A DNA stretch of 64,000 nt from Trichoplax adhaerens. Taxonomy: Eukaryota; Animalia; Placozoa. Location of the stretch: NCBI RefSeq assembly GCF_000150275.1, contig NW_002060946.1, positions 5,494,597 through 5,558,596 of the forward strand, given 5' to 3'. A program made the position numbers and the translations under genes. The notes under the pieces are model-generated. The model had not been told where the DNA came from and ran no database searches. It worked only from the letters and a program-made list of their open reading frames with translations. Below are positions 13,225 to 26,713 of the stretch, in pieces (within the stretch, counting starts at the first letter, position 1; every line of letters starts with the position of its first letter).

Positions 13225-16200
13225 ATGGCTAATATCATTCTCCACAAAAGTGATATCGGTGTTTTCATAGGTTGCTCATTGATTTTACTCTTAGTAACTG
13301 ATTGGATTACTTATGAATATACGCCTATTTGGAGGATTGAAAAAGATCAATTCAATGTGAAAGAAGGACTCCATCATCACCAACTGTAAGTAGAGTGAGA
13401 ATAAGAGTGGATGGCTGCATGTAGGGGAGGTGGTGTTTGTAAACATCAACACCACAACTTGACATTTTGAAGGGACTAATGTTGATTGAATATCATGATG
13501 ATAGGCTTGATCCAATAATTACAGATTTGGATGGTGATGGAAATCGAGGTAATATACACTACATGTGGTATTTTGTACGCAAAAATAACAGGTCGATTAT
13601 TAAAATGACTAAATGCACGGACCAAGATTCGCTCACATCGATGCAGATTACCCAAATAATTTTCAACCATTCTCTGACAGATATCATCATCGCCACCAGT
13701 GATTGCAAAGTGCGTCGTAGCAACAGTAACAGCAACAAATTGTTGCATGCTACAGATTTAGAGCAGTTACCTATTCCTGAAATTCAGTTCGAGGTAATGG
13801 AATGGAATCCTGTCGTGACTTCAACTTGATGTTGCAATCGATAGTATATCGTATACCAGTCCAATTAATAATTAATGGGCAATGCCTTAATCTACATATT
13901 TGATTTGGACTTAGAATGAAATGGCACTATCGGATGATGTTACTTGTCATCCTATTGCACTCTCTGTGGGATATACCAATAATATGGTCCATGCAATGAA
14001 AAAGGTCTTGCTATACCTAGATAGAGTTTATCAATAACTTGAGTAAAAATGGACTATTTAAAAATAGGACATAATCAGATCTTTGCATTATACGCGTATA
14101 CTCAAGATCTCAGCTAGAAATTATTTTCAAGTGATCCTAACAATACCCTTAAATTGAATAGGTTATAGCTGTGGTTACCAACGATTGGAATGTGTATTTA
14201 CTAGATCATCAACTTAATCTTCTATGGAAATCATCAATTGACGAAAAATTAGAAGCAGCAAACGATTCAATCATTGCAACAGCGATGATTTCACCCCATC
14301 CCATAAAAAATCAAGATCATGGTGTAGTCATTATCGCTCGATTTCCATTAACGAACCAGTTCACTAACCAAGAACTATCGGTTAGGTAAGCTATATTGCT
14401 CGCTAAGGCATGGCAGAACTTTAATGTACTGTACTAAAGATTTAAAATAATTAGTGCGTTTCTTATCAACGATAACATCATTAAAACGGATATTTCTCGA
14501 GAAAGATCTTTTATACGTATTACTCGCTATACATTACAAAATTCTTATTAGTCAAGAATGAAAATGATCATCATGTGAATTGTCAACCTAATCACAATAA
14601 TACTTTTCCAGAAAATCTAAAATTTTTCAACCACACTTTCATAAATGTTTACCAACTACGTATATCGTCCAGATACCACTTAGATACTACAATATTTACG
14701 TTATTTATGCGTAAAATAATAATAATGAAATCGAAATACATATTTGGCACAGTTGTAGTAACCCTTTGATCTCATTAATATTAACTCAAGACATGATCAT
14801 GGATGGACTATAGAGGACGTTATAGCTGAAAACGTATCGTCATATAGAGCTGGAGTAGACGTCGGCTCTACTCATCGAAAAGTAAGTTTCTACGCCAATC
14901 ATTTAAGCCTTTAGTTTGCCCATGTAAGCTATTCTATGCTCATTTATTCATACCAGTATACATATGTAATCTTGATAACTTTCTAGGATACTCATGGTAA
15001 AAGCGTCCATTGTACAATCTACGCCTTAGACTTGACAACTGGAGAATTAAGATGGAAACATCAACCAGGGGATAATGTTGGCTTGGAAATGGACGATTTA
15101 GTAAGATTACATTTTACCTTGCTAATTATTTATAATAAATATGTCATATTTTATATTAAATCTCTCTTATCTAGAGTTTATTTTATGGGCACCATTATAA
15201 GTTGGGATTGAGAAAAGACATCTTGTGCCATAGGAGGAGCATTTGTGGCACCTATAAAATGGATATCATCAGAAACCTAGTAATACCTTCACTTCATAGG
15301 ATACGATTGAATTGAACTGATATAGTATTATAAATTCCATTATTATACCTAGGCTATGTGATAGCACCTATTTTATTGAACGAACTGCATTTTGACTTTA
15401 TTTTTTAAGCCTCATCGATGGTCTTCACGTCGTGATGCAAAGTTAATTGTTGATCTGCACTCAAAGAAGAAAAAGGGAAATAAACATCCAATCTTCATTG
15501 CTGGCTTTGGTAAGCTTGCTATTTTAGATGTGTTATCATCAACAACAATGATACTATCTATGTGGTTTATAGACTCAAGGCTTATTATAAATTTATTGTA
15601 GACGTATCATCCACTCGTACAAATGATGATCTTGCCGAGTGGCTGCGGATTGTCAGAATCGCTAAAGCGGCTAATATACTCATCATTCATACGCATCAAG
15701 TAAGTAGCTATGATTACAATTATTGGATAATGATTATACGTCAATTTTGATTGTTTGAAACTTCACTATTATTCCCAATTCAGTTGTCTACAAATAAATA
15801 TAATATTTTTCTGGATTTATGACTACAGAGTATAGAAATATACCATCTATCCAGTGGAAAGCTAGTATGTTGGTTACCACTTGAAAATCAGCAAAGTAGC
15901 ACTCTCGAGGACATTAATAATGATGGACTAATAGATAGCTTAAGTGGTATGTAGCACTTAAATCATTACGTCTACTTATGATATGCACGGTTACAGACAA
16001 AATAATTGCTTCATTATGTAATGTTATAATCGCTTCGGCATCATTAGTTATTTGTTCTCGACATGATAACTACTTTACTACGGAACTGGAATGCTATGGA
16101 GTAGTAAAGAGTGGATTTCCACCGATGATGAAAAAGGTCGTATTTTATAATCAATACATTTCGCTACTATCGTGACAGAATTGAAATAGTGTTTTTTGCA

Positions 16201-17688
16201 AACGTATGCCGGAACAATAAAATTAAATATATATACTTATTCAAAGATTTTAAAATTAATTTTTTTAGAAGTTATTTATAGAACCAATTACGCACAAGAA
16301 AGGAATTTTTTCATCCATTTTTCAGAATACAGGTATAGAAAGGATTAAATAATGCAGTAATTAGTAGAATTTTCGTGTGCTATAAAGTTCATATTCGACT
16401 GATAAAAAGTGATATCTTTGTTACTATCTATTTTCAATTTCTGTCTCTATACTGTAGATACTTCTGAATTAGAAGATTTAGATAGAGTAGCCACCTCTGG
16501 TGATGATGATATGCTTCCACCTATCACATTTAAAAGGTAAAGTACTTGCGATAACGATAGGATATAATTTTGATTCAATTAAATTATCGCATCTAAGAAT
16601 ATATTATCTCTAAGACAAAATTGTCAAAACGCATAAATGCCCATCTTAACCTACTACTTATGACAACTGTCCCTTTAGTACTAGTCAAAATGCCCCATTG
16701 ATCAACTGGCATGGATTATTAGATTCTGAACAAGGTTTCAACACCTTATTTATGCTAGCTAATGGTCAAGCAGCTTGTTTTAATTCTCAAGGCTACTTGT
16801 TATGGCTGGTAGGTGTTAAGTTTGTTTAATGACTGACCATGTAATAATTGCGAGTATAGTACTTGCATGTTACTAAACCATTGTAATATGTTTTGTACCT
16901 TTAAAATTAGTGCATTAATTATACAATACAATTTATGTAGGCTAAAACTAGTATTAAATGGAATGCAGCCGGTAAAAAAGTCAACAAAGCAAAGATGATA
17001 TTATTATCCTCTACAAATAATGATGAGAGCACGGTACTGTAAGATAACATTACACAAAAATTATACTAACATGTCTATATCCCTAGTACTGTAAATAATA
17101 TAATCTCTGTATTTCGGCCTCATTAACAGGAACTTGCTGCTGCTACCGGCAATAAGCAGTTGATATTACTTGATTTGCGTTCTGGCAAGGAGATTAGTAG
17201 TTTTCCCTTAACTTGCCTACCATCGTCCTTGTCAACTGTTAGCTCTTATGCAAAGGATGGTCGCATAGATATAATGGTGAACTGTGGAGAAAGGTAAGGC
17301 TAAGTACATATTAGAATTTATTTCTTTAATAAATAAATAGCAATTACTAGCTAGCATTAATTCTATTGCAAGCAGTAAGTTCGTATCGGTAACTCGATTT
17401 TCCTTCGTAGTATTAAATTGACACTGAGCAGTTGTGTGTACGTAGTAGCTTTGTAGGAGACCCTTGATAGCAAATCGGTTAATGCGATCGCTAGCTTCTA
17501 GAAATACTAGATCGAGTTAAGTAATATCACTGTTGGTTTACATAATTATAATTTTATGAATTGTTTTTTTTAATAGATTCTTGACAGTTACTTTGCATAA
17601 GCAAGTTCTCATCTGGTACAATGTAGCCTTGGTAATTTTGACAATGGGAATAACAGCAGTTATTATTTTTTGTAGCAAGAATGTTTAA
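13225..17688 (+). CDS. FG-GAP/beta-propeller membrane protein similar to plant NERD1 (Arabidopsis At3g51050 family); multi-exon, N-terminal hydrophobic segment and C-terminal TM helix
   Basis: Spliced segments: MANIILHKSDIGVFIGCSLILLLV (signal/anchor), LDPIITDLDGDGNRDIIIATSD (FG-GAP Ca-binding loop), VIAVVTNDWNVYLLDHQLNLLW, HCTIYALDLTTGELRWKH, HHYKL, PHRWSSRRD, EDINNDG, and a C-terminal WYNVALVILTMGITAVIIF before the stop. Motif order matches NERD1 as I recall it. Confidence 0.75.
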
Positions 17689-18701
17689 GTCAAAACTGAA
17701 TAACTATAAAAATGAACAAATATACGTGTACACGTGTATGATAAGGGTAAAAAAATCCTTTTACATTATTTTTACTATGCTGAATTGGATCGTATAACGT
17801 TTTCCTTTAATCCTTGATTTTCATGCTACTTGTACTGCATGATGCGGTAAAGTGCATGCAGGTAAAATCTATATGCAAGTAGCGTATCTTCACCATGTGC
17901 TACTTAAAGTAGGAGTATCATTTTTAAATGTTTCAAACATTGCAATTGATTTGTACAGGAAGTTTCTGCTTAAAGAGTAATAAACTATATCACATTCACA
18001 AATATAGGCTTTTATGTGCGTAAAATTATTGCAAATATGAAAATCATTTCAATTTATCGCTTTCATTTCTGAATTATTACTTTAAATTTATAATTCAATA
18101 CCAAAATTCGATTCTGTTTTTTAACATTGAATGGACGGAGTCTTGCAATCACGCTCAATTCAGAGCATCACAAAGATACACTACGAGAAACTGGCAATAG
18201 AAAAATCGACAAATTTACTTTAATTTATTTCATTACTGTATGTCATTGGAATCTTATTTATATGTCAGTTCTTGCTGATTTCCTTTCAAAATTTTGATAT
18301 TGCATAAGGGTAAATAAACAGCATAGAGAAAATCATTATAAAGCAGATTATGTATATGATTATTCCCAAGTAAAGCGATCCACCTGGCATTCCAATTTTT
18401 AGATCAATAGATGATGCAAATTGAACTGAATGTTCATAAATTGACATATTGATTACAATAATTGTCTTCACTGTAAAAAATGCGTCACTAGAATTTAGTT
18501 CCGATATTCTTGGGAGAGGAAAGGACAACCATAAGTCATCAACATTAGAGTACAAGTAGACGTGGAATCATTGACAGAAAATCATATGTAGATGGTTACA
18601 GTCGTTCCATATCGCAGGAGAACGCATGACCACCTTACCGTATTCATGCTTTTGCTTATTACATAAGAGAAACAACCGATAAAAACATTCATAGAATACG
18701 G

Positions 18702-19058
18702 CTATGCTAATAGTTGACGAATTTCTTGTGATTCCGCTTCTTGGATATAGCTATTGCCACTTGGAGCCTTTGCATTTTTGTCGGCTCCACGATCGATCAA
18801 TAACTTGACACAGTTTGTATGGCCTTCCCAGATTGCAGCTAGTAGTGGAGAAATGCCATGCTTATCAAGTTGATTGATATTAGCACCTTGATCGAGAAGG
18901 TAATCCATCACTTTAGCCTGTCCATAATCAGCTGCGTAATGCAAAGGCATTCGCCCACTTTGTAATTGTCCATTAACATCAATATTTTGACTGCTAATCG
19001 TCATTTTTACGGCTTCGAGATCGCCATTTTTAATTGCCCAAATTAAGTTATCACTCAT
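18702..19058 (-). CDS. MTPN: Myotrophin (V-1), ankyrin-repeat inhibitor of actin capping protein; single coding exon
   Basis: 118 aa with WAIKNGDL, GRMPLHYAADYGQ and DKHGISPLLAAIWEGHTNCVKLL..GADK, matching myotrophin in both motifs and length. Confidence 0.95.
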   Translation of the reverse strand: MSDNLIWAIKNGDLEAVKMTISSQNIDVNGQLQSGRMPLHYAADYGQAKVMDYLLDQGANINQLDKHGISPLLAAIWEGHTNCVKLLIDRGADKNAKAPSGNSYIQEAESQEIRQLLA

Positions 19059-21120
19059 GATATCTGGATCTTACTCACTATCAATTAGTACAAGAGTCTA
19101 TCCACGACACAATTTGATAATTACCAAGCTGCTCTATAACAGGAAAGCAGTTTTAATCGACGACTGCAAGTAGTCTAACAGGCCTCGAAGATCCACCGAA
19201 CTCCTCACCTGCTGCTATGATACGCAAGCCTTGATGGCCAACCTAGCCAGTAACAGTGAATAGCTATGGAAAGCGAGAGTCTACTGAGTAGTACGCAAGA
19301 CAGTCTAATCGACACATTTGATATGATATTACGGCATAAGAAATAATGATAACGTACAGTATGCAATGTTAACTCATGACTCCGTACTCGTTGTGATCGG
19401 ATGATAGAACTAGAAGCTGTCTTTGCTCCATCTTGGAATATTCTCACCAAACATTTTCTCATCCATTAGCAAAGCAATCAGTAAAACATGATCATCCTCT
19501 GTATCATTTATACATACTTGGAGCCTCCTAATGAACTCAGATTCTTAGCACACCCTGATAGCAACAGTACAGCTTGTTTGCACTGCTTATTGCGGTCGAC
19601 GCCCATTCCCCATGTTTAGAATTGGAAATCTTCCCAGCAGATTGGCTAGATTCATTCCTTATTCATTCCCATCAACGTATGTAGCCAAAAATGGCGAAAT
19701 GATTCAGCCTTAATTTGTAATAATAAGAATCTATATCCATAAAGTAAAAAGCGATTTTTTTTGGTAATACCATCACGGTCAAAGGGAGAGTGGGAGGGGA
19801 TAAACATGCATACCTCTGGAATCAGCATATAGTGTAGATGGTTCTCATCAATTTTAAAACTGCGAAAGAACTTTAATAAGAAAATCTTAAGCACAATTTT
19901 ATTATTCTTACTATACCGTTCTATCGTTAAACAAAGCGACCGATTTACTAACGGCATATTACAACTACTAACGAATGTGATAGCATTCTTATCACTAAGA
20001 TTACGATCGATAATTAATTTATAACAAATGATAATATATCAGAATTGTCTTTAGTCAACTACTTCATCTATGGATATATATTATTTATTATCAAAACAAG
20101 TGGTACTACCATATTAAGATGCCGTACTGTAGCGTTATGTGGCATTACATAGATTAATAGGCACTTACGCAGAAGCTATAATTTCAATATGCCGTTGGGA
20201 GTTGAATAGTACTTAGATGCTTATTAATTGATTTTAAGTAGAATGGTCACTATATTATGCATATACATAACATTAAATATATAACTTAAGGGACAGATAT
20301 CTACAAAAAAGTAAAAATAAGTTGCTCTATTTTACTACAGTTTGATGTTTCTGTGGTCTAGGTCAATAAAATTCGTTTTCTGATTATCTCAAGTAAGAAA
20401 TAGCCGCTAATTTATCCGTATAAATCATGAGATAGATATGTACAGAAAAGCAAAAGAATCCTTGTATTTTTATTACGTTCGACAATAGATTACATACCTT
20501 GCTTTACCCATTATGAAGGAGTATGCCGTAGGGGATTCTAGTTCTATTTTTTGTACACTGTACAATCACGCGAAACTTTTGTGCTGTGCGCTCCTATAAA
20601 TTTCAACTCTAATTTGTGTAGCGTTGGATATAATATATATAAGCGGCTATGATTATTCTGGCGACCCTTTTTCATTCATTTTGGCCTTAAATCATGCATG
20701 CATTACTTAAAAAATAAGTCCAGCAACTGCAGACAATAGCTTAAAAGCCTCAGGGTTTCCAAGAGGTCAGGTAGGATTAGGTCTAGACAGATTGCCATTT
20801 AGATGATCTAGTCATAGATAATAATCTGGTTGATTGTCCTCGATATACCCTGCTATTAATCCATTTATAACACTATATGATATAAAAGTATGCAGCAGTT
20901 CTAGCTAGATTAACTGATTCTGTCCAGCAGATCCTTTAGTTAATAAATCATTATCATCAGTTATAATTTGTATTTTAACAATTAAGAAACATTCCGTATA
21001 TCGCTATAGCAGGCCCACCAACAATACTAATTACTGCATAGCGATTGAATTTTATGCAACAATTAAAACATGTAGAGCTTTAGAAGTCACGTACTTTGTT
21101 AATTTATCTTTGATACGACC

Positions 21121-21794
21121 ACTAGAGAGGTTAAGGGTTCTCACAGGAAATGCTAACACCCTTTCCATTATAGAAATGACCTTTATTACTTCAAAGCACT
21201 AACATAACGCCAGCCGCCTGTATAGTCACAATTTCTCGTGGTATTCGCCAACAACTCCTTTTATAGTCTACTCACAATGTACCATAAGATAATATGTTTT
21301 ACGTAAAATTGGATTGTACAATACTATTAGTATAGATACTATTACGTTTCATCAGATGATAGCACTTTAATATTGCCTTCGGCATAAATCACACGCAATT
21401 CACGAACAGTGAATTCTCGCTATTCTTCCGGCGTAGCCATAGCCAATCATGAAATCAGTTTCAAAGACCGTAATGAAAAATAAAATAAAAAAATTGCAAC
21501 GTTTCGTAGGAATTGAAAGTTCGAGATCGCTGACACCAAATATGTAGCGATTACTGGATACTAGGGAGGTTAAAGGTTCTCACAGGGAATACTAACACCC
21601 TTTTTATTATAGAAATAACCTTTTTTACTCCTAAGCACTAATATAACTGCAACTGCCTGTATAGTCACAATTTCTCGTGGTATTTGCCAACAACTCCTTT
21701 TATAGTCTACTCACAATGCACCATAAGATAATATGCTAAATGTAAAACTGAATTATACAATACTATTAGTATAGATAGTATTACGTTCCATCAG
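21121..21794. repeat. Direct repeat of ~235 bp (21121-21355 and 21560-21794) separated by a ~200 bp unique spacer
   Basis: Both copies contain GGTTCTCACAGG...CTAACACCCTTT...GCCTGTATAGTCACAATTTCTCGTGGTATT...CAACAACTCCTTTTATAGTCTACTCACAATG...CATCAG. Confidence 0.9.
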
Positions 21795-22364
21795 GTCACT
21801 GTCAGAGTATAGCAGAACACGATTAGAAATATGCATCAATCTTGAACTATCCTTATGCAATCCTTTTATTCTTTCCACCATTTAGGGTTACAATATGGAG
21901 AGCGGCATTGTGATGCTGCTGATTCTTTGACGTTCTACAGGATCGTTCTTAGTAGCAAATGTAGTCGTAAAAAATAAATATGATATCGAGTAAAGTAGAA
22001 AACTACCAGATTTAACGCGTTTTATACTACCAATAGCTAATCGTATACGAGTAAAGGGTAAAAGAGTCCAGAGGTAAATAGTTTCATCCTCAAGCTATCG
22101 TATGGTTAATTTCTTGGTAATCATCTCTCTAAACCTATAAGCTTATTTACGCCATTATAAATAAACTATCTGCACTTTGAAGTGAACTATTGCACAATTA
22201 TAGCACGAGTATACTGCAATCATAGACTTACACATTCAGCAAATCTAGGAGTACAGCATATAGCATAATTGACAAACATCTACTTTCGACTTTGTACTCG
22301 ATAGAATAGATAGAGCTCAAGATTAGTAAATTAGTAGCCTGTAGAACAGTGCAACAGCAACTAG

Positions 22365-22890
22365 CATCGATCTTAGCCTTGGCCATTTTATATATAAGTT
22401 TGATGCACTTTGTTACAGAGCTTGTTGAAGCTATTCTACTCACGCATTATTGTATACCTAAATTGAAATATCTAAAGAAAGAATCATCCATAAAATTATT
22501 CACTATTATTACAGCTTGAAGGAAGTGTACCATAGCCATAAATAACTTATCTTAGATCTTAGCTTCCGCTATTTTACATATAAGTCTTATCACACTTTGC
22601 TACAGTGTTTATTAAAGCTGTCCTATCCATCCTTTACCGTGTATCTTTACTGAAATGTCTAGAATGAAAGAAATCCCTCATAAAATTATGCTATCGATAT
22701 TGTTACAGCTTAAAGGAAGTGTATTATAGCCATGGAAACCGATCAAACACCAATCTGATAGCTTGCATAGATCTTAGCCTTTGCTGTGGCCGGTTTTATA
22801 TATAAGTTTTGTTACACTTTGCTGCAGAGCTTATTATAGCTGTTCTATCTGCTCATGCATTACTGTATACCTAAATTGAAATGTCTGAAA
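22365..22890. repeat. Degenerate tandem repeat, ~3 units of 185-215 bp
   Basis: GATCTTAGC...TTTTA(T/C)ATATAAGT...CACTTTG...TGAAAT(A/G)TCT recurs at ~22369, ~22555 and ~22770. Confidence 0.75.
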
Positions 22891-23296
22891 ATCATTTATA
22901 CACTTTGGCAATATTGAAGGCAGAGTGCAATGGCTATGTAAACAAATCCAATACTGATTGAAATACTTCCATACGAATGCTTACCGTATCCCTGAGTATG
23001 GTACAAATCCCCTTTCAACTAACGAATAACAGGGTCAGTACATAGGCCTACTGCAGAATGTCTACAACTCTATAACGTAGCTAATATAAATTACTGTAGT
23101 ACTGTAGGCCCGCCTTCTATCCTTTTCTATACGTTATAGAGTTGGGTAGTGCAGCTCGGTCGTATATTAAATCATCATTTTGCATTGGAATATTCGCTAG
23201 AAACTCTCTATCTCTCGTAGTAATTTGAGTTTAGAAATAAAATCCAACCCCAGTTATAGTTTCGACAGACTGTAAAGAAACTTTACTACCGTCAAG

Positions 23297-26200
23297 ATGA
23301 AAATTGAAGGGAAGACAGCCATTGTAACGGGCGGCGCTCAAGGCATTGGAGAGCAATTCTGCCGTGCTCTTGTTGATCACGGAGCCAATGTAAACTTTAC
23401 ATACATGTAAAAGTAGAATTTATTAAAATCCACCTTTGATATTATCATTTAGAGTAGGAAATAGAAGTAGGCTAAAAAATCGCTATTGATAACGGCTTTA
23501 CTCTGTATAGATTTGTATTACATATAAGTAATAGCTGCAGGATTCTTCCATCTTGATACGGTAATTAGATAGCATTTGTAGACCTGCAAGTGACGAGTAA
23601 AGCTATAAAAGCAGAAAATCCAGCTTCCATATTGTAATTTAGAGTAGGAAACAGAACTAGGCTTAAATTTTACTGTCAGACATCACCTTTACTCTGTTAC
23701 AGACTTGCGTTACATGCAAGCAAATAATCGCAGAATTTTACTATCTTGATAGGGTAGTTAGACACATGGTAGACCTGAAATGACGAGCACATTAAATCGA
23801 ATAAAGTATTTCAAGTTATAAAAGCAGAATTTATAAATCTAGCTGAGAAACTAACATTTAGAGTAGAGGTTAGAATTAGCCTCTACATGGACTCTGTATG
23901 GATTTGCATTACATGCCAGCAAATAGTCGCAGGATTTTGCTATCTTGATTTGGTAATTAGACATACGGTAGATCTTCAAATGACAAGTACGTGTATATTA
24001 AATCGAATAGATTACTTCCAAGTTGCAATCAGGTCATCACTATCAGGGTACGAATGGATGTGTTATTTCATTACCAATTACCATATGTACTATTTTAAGC
24101 TCGGGAACTACTGTAGTGTGCGATATTGTATATTTTTCCTTGCAGGATTAGCGATGCAAAATGATAGTCTATTTTTAAGCTTTTCTTACGTTCGAGCAAA
24201 TGCAAATTGAGCTAAATGGCTGCAGTAGTCAATCTTATTGCATCCTACTTTCTCGCATAGTAAATGATATTAATTTCAGCCCTTACCCACGTTAGAACAA
24301 ATATCTCACGCATAATGTTGATCATTATAAAGTTGATACAGTTACTGTAACCGAAAGTATTGCTTGGCTGAGCTGTACTTTCCTACATGTTCCGTGATAA
24401 AGGACTAGAGTAAATTCCAGCCTCTACCCACGTAATGTCCTATATGTTACGCATAGTATTTGTCGTTGCAAAGTGTATATCTAAGTTAAACTAAAAGATT
24501 ACAGTTGCAAGTTCTATTGTGCGAAGCTTTCTTGTATGGTTCGCGATAGATTAATTTTCAATTTTTACTCCTATAAGATTAAACATTTATCGTAGGATAT
24601 TTCATTACAATGTTTATGCAACCATTGCAAGCTAAACGATTCGTTGCTATACTTGTACTTCCTTCAGCAGTATTAGAGTAAATTTCTAGTCTTTACTGAC
24701 ACAAGATTAAATAGCTTACTTACATATCTTAACCTAGAGAAGATATGTTAAATATCGTATCGTATCTACAATACTTAAGAGTAGAGATAATCAGCAAATT
24801 TACTAGCGATCAGTTGTAGTTCTTTATGGAAATAAATTTGCTCATCTTGGTGGATATTCTCCGTAAGCATGACTACTTACGTGCTAAATTATTGATAATC
24901 TTTTATTAGGTGATTATTGCAGATCTTAAGAAACAAAGAGGCGAAGATCTTTGTAGGGAATTAAACAAACAATATAGATCCAATCGTGCAAAATTCATAC
25001 AATGTGATGTAACATCCAAGGCGGATTTACAAAGTAAGCTTATTATATCACCTTTGGTTATATTGATTGATAACGGTACCATGATTATAGAGTGAAACGA
25101 GGATAGTTGCAAATACTGAAACTTTCCCTGCACCATTGTATCATAGATACAATCCATTTTGCTATCAAGACATTTGGTAGATTGGATATTTTATGTAATA
25201 ATGCGGGTGTAACAGAAATCGGAAATTGGGAGAAAGCTATCGAGATCAATTTCGTAAGTAAAGCTCCTATGGATAGAAAGAGCATTAATTCATTTAAAGG
25301 CGAATAGAAAAGAATGTACTATTGAATGATCAATTTAAGACCATGCACTAATAGAGTTGTAGTAATATAGAATCTATTATTGCTAAACAGATTATGATTT
25401 ACGTATAATAATTATAATTGTCTATACTAATTATGAGGTTGCTTGGTTGGTATCCTGATAGTATTAATCAATCAATAATAGGCTTATCGATCCACAATGC
25501 TACTTTCATAAAATATCCGAAACAGTCTAGCATACAACTAGAATCATTCGATCATTATCGCTACCTTTATTGATTAATTTGTAGGAAATAGTCCTCAAGC
25601 AGAAAATAATTTCATAGCAATTTTACACTAGCCTTAAAAATAAATTTTGTAGGCTAGTCGACTAAAATGGAGTAATGTCTAACTTCTCAATACCACTGCC
25701 GATAGAACAGACCTCTGCTCTATCTCATAGCACTATTATATCAATGATTTATCAATTAGACTAGTGTAATTCGTGGTACCAAGTTAGCAATAGAAGTAAT
25801 GTCTACACGAAATGGTGGCCATGGAGGAGTAATTATTAACACTGCATCTATGGGAGGTATGAGAATATAGATTTATTTTCTTCCTGTTGTTATTTATTAT
25901 GACATTAAACTTACTTACAAGATATAGCAAGTCAAGATGATTCATATTCATATGCTATGTTGCCGGGCGTACTTCTACTTCTAAAATATAGCACTAAGGC
26001 TACATACAAGCATATTGCCTGCTATGATATACCGGTAGTAGATGGCTTTTTAAGTAATTCTTTCTTTACAATTATGGTAGCAATATTTCCTATCATGGGT
26101 GGCCCTGTCTATAGTGGAACTAAATTTGGAGTTTTGGGCTTCTCACGAAGCTTGAGCGTAAGACAGACAATATTAAATATACTCCATTCCGGTTCATAGC

Positions 26201-26713
26201 GACTCTTTCGATTTAAGGACTAATAAGGCACTTGCATAACTTTTCAACTATTTTGTATCCAAGAACTTGAATGCATCGGACGGTATCCGTGTTAATGTCA
26301 TATGCCCTGCATTTGTGCGAACTGAAATGTTTGAAGCTTCTATTCCAAATTATATAGACAGCTATGGTAATGACTTTCAGAAGAAGATGAAAAAGCACAT
26401 TGTCAGGTAAAGTTGTTCATAGTATGCCTTGTCGAGGCCTTCTTTACTTATTGTTGTACGCGTAAGTTTGGTGAAAGCAGTCTCTGTCAAAGACTGTAGT
26501 TGATATTATTTACTATTTTATAAATGGAAGTAGTATGCTATTAATTTATTCCAAGTAGAATGTTGAATTTGATTCTCTCTGCCTTGCAGTCCAGTTCTGG
26601 TTGCCCGTGGAATGATACAATTGGTAGAAGATGACACAAAGAATGATGCCGTTATGCGAGTTACTGGTGTTCGTGGTATCGATTACTATAAATTTCAAGA
26701 ATCTAAATTATAA
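23297..26713 (+). CDS. HPGD: 15-hydroxyprostaglandin dehydrogenase-like SDR, paralog 2, with C-terminal PTS1 (-SKL). Exons 23297-23389, 24910-25033, 25147-25253, 25760-25856, 26081-26157, 26264-26406, 26590-26713
   Basis: Motifs TGGAQGIG, IIADL (acidic residue, NAD preference), FGRLDILCNNAGV, GGVIINTASMG, catalytic YSGTK, GIRVNVICPAFV; ends YYKFQESKL*. Exon sizes 93/124/107/97/77 match the human HPGD pattern as I recall it. Confidence 0.9.
23405..24030. repeat. Degenerate tandem repeat (~190-220 bp, 3 units) in HPGD2 intron 1
   Basis: TTTAGAGTAG at ~23448, ~23638 and ~23857, each followed by ACTCTGT...TTACAT...ATCTTGAT...GGTA.TTAGA...GTAGA.CT. Confidence 0.75.

Noticed and set aside
18286-18555. 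89-aa ORF with a hydrophobic C-terminus just downstream of MTPN
   Set aside because: It has a non-ATG start, and hydrophobicity is expected from AT-rich 3'UTR sequence. No recognisable homology.
19205-19957. Two minus-strand ORFs upstream of MTPN that might be a decayed gene
   Set aside because: No recognisable motif in any frame and no consistent splice structure.
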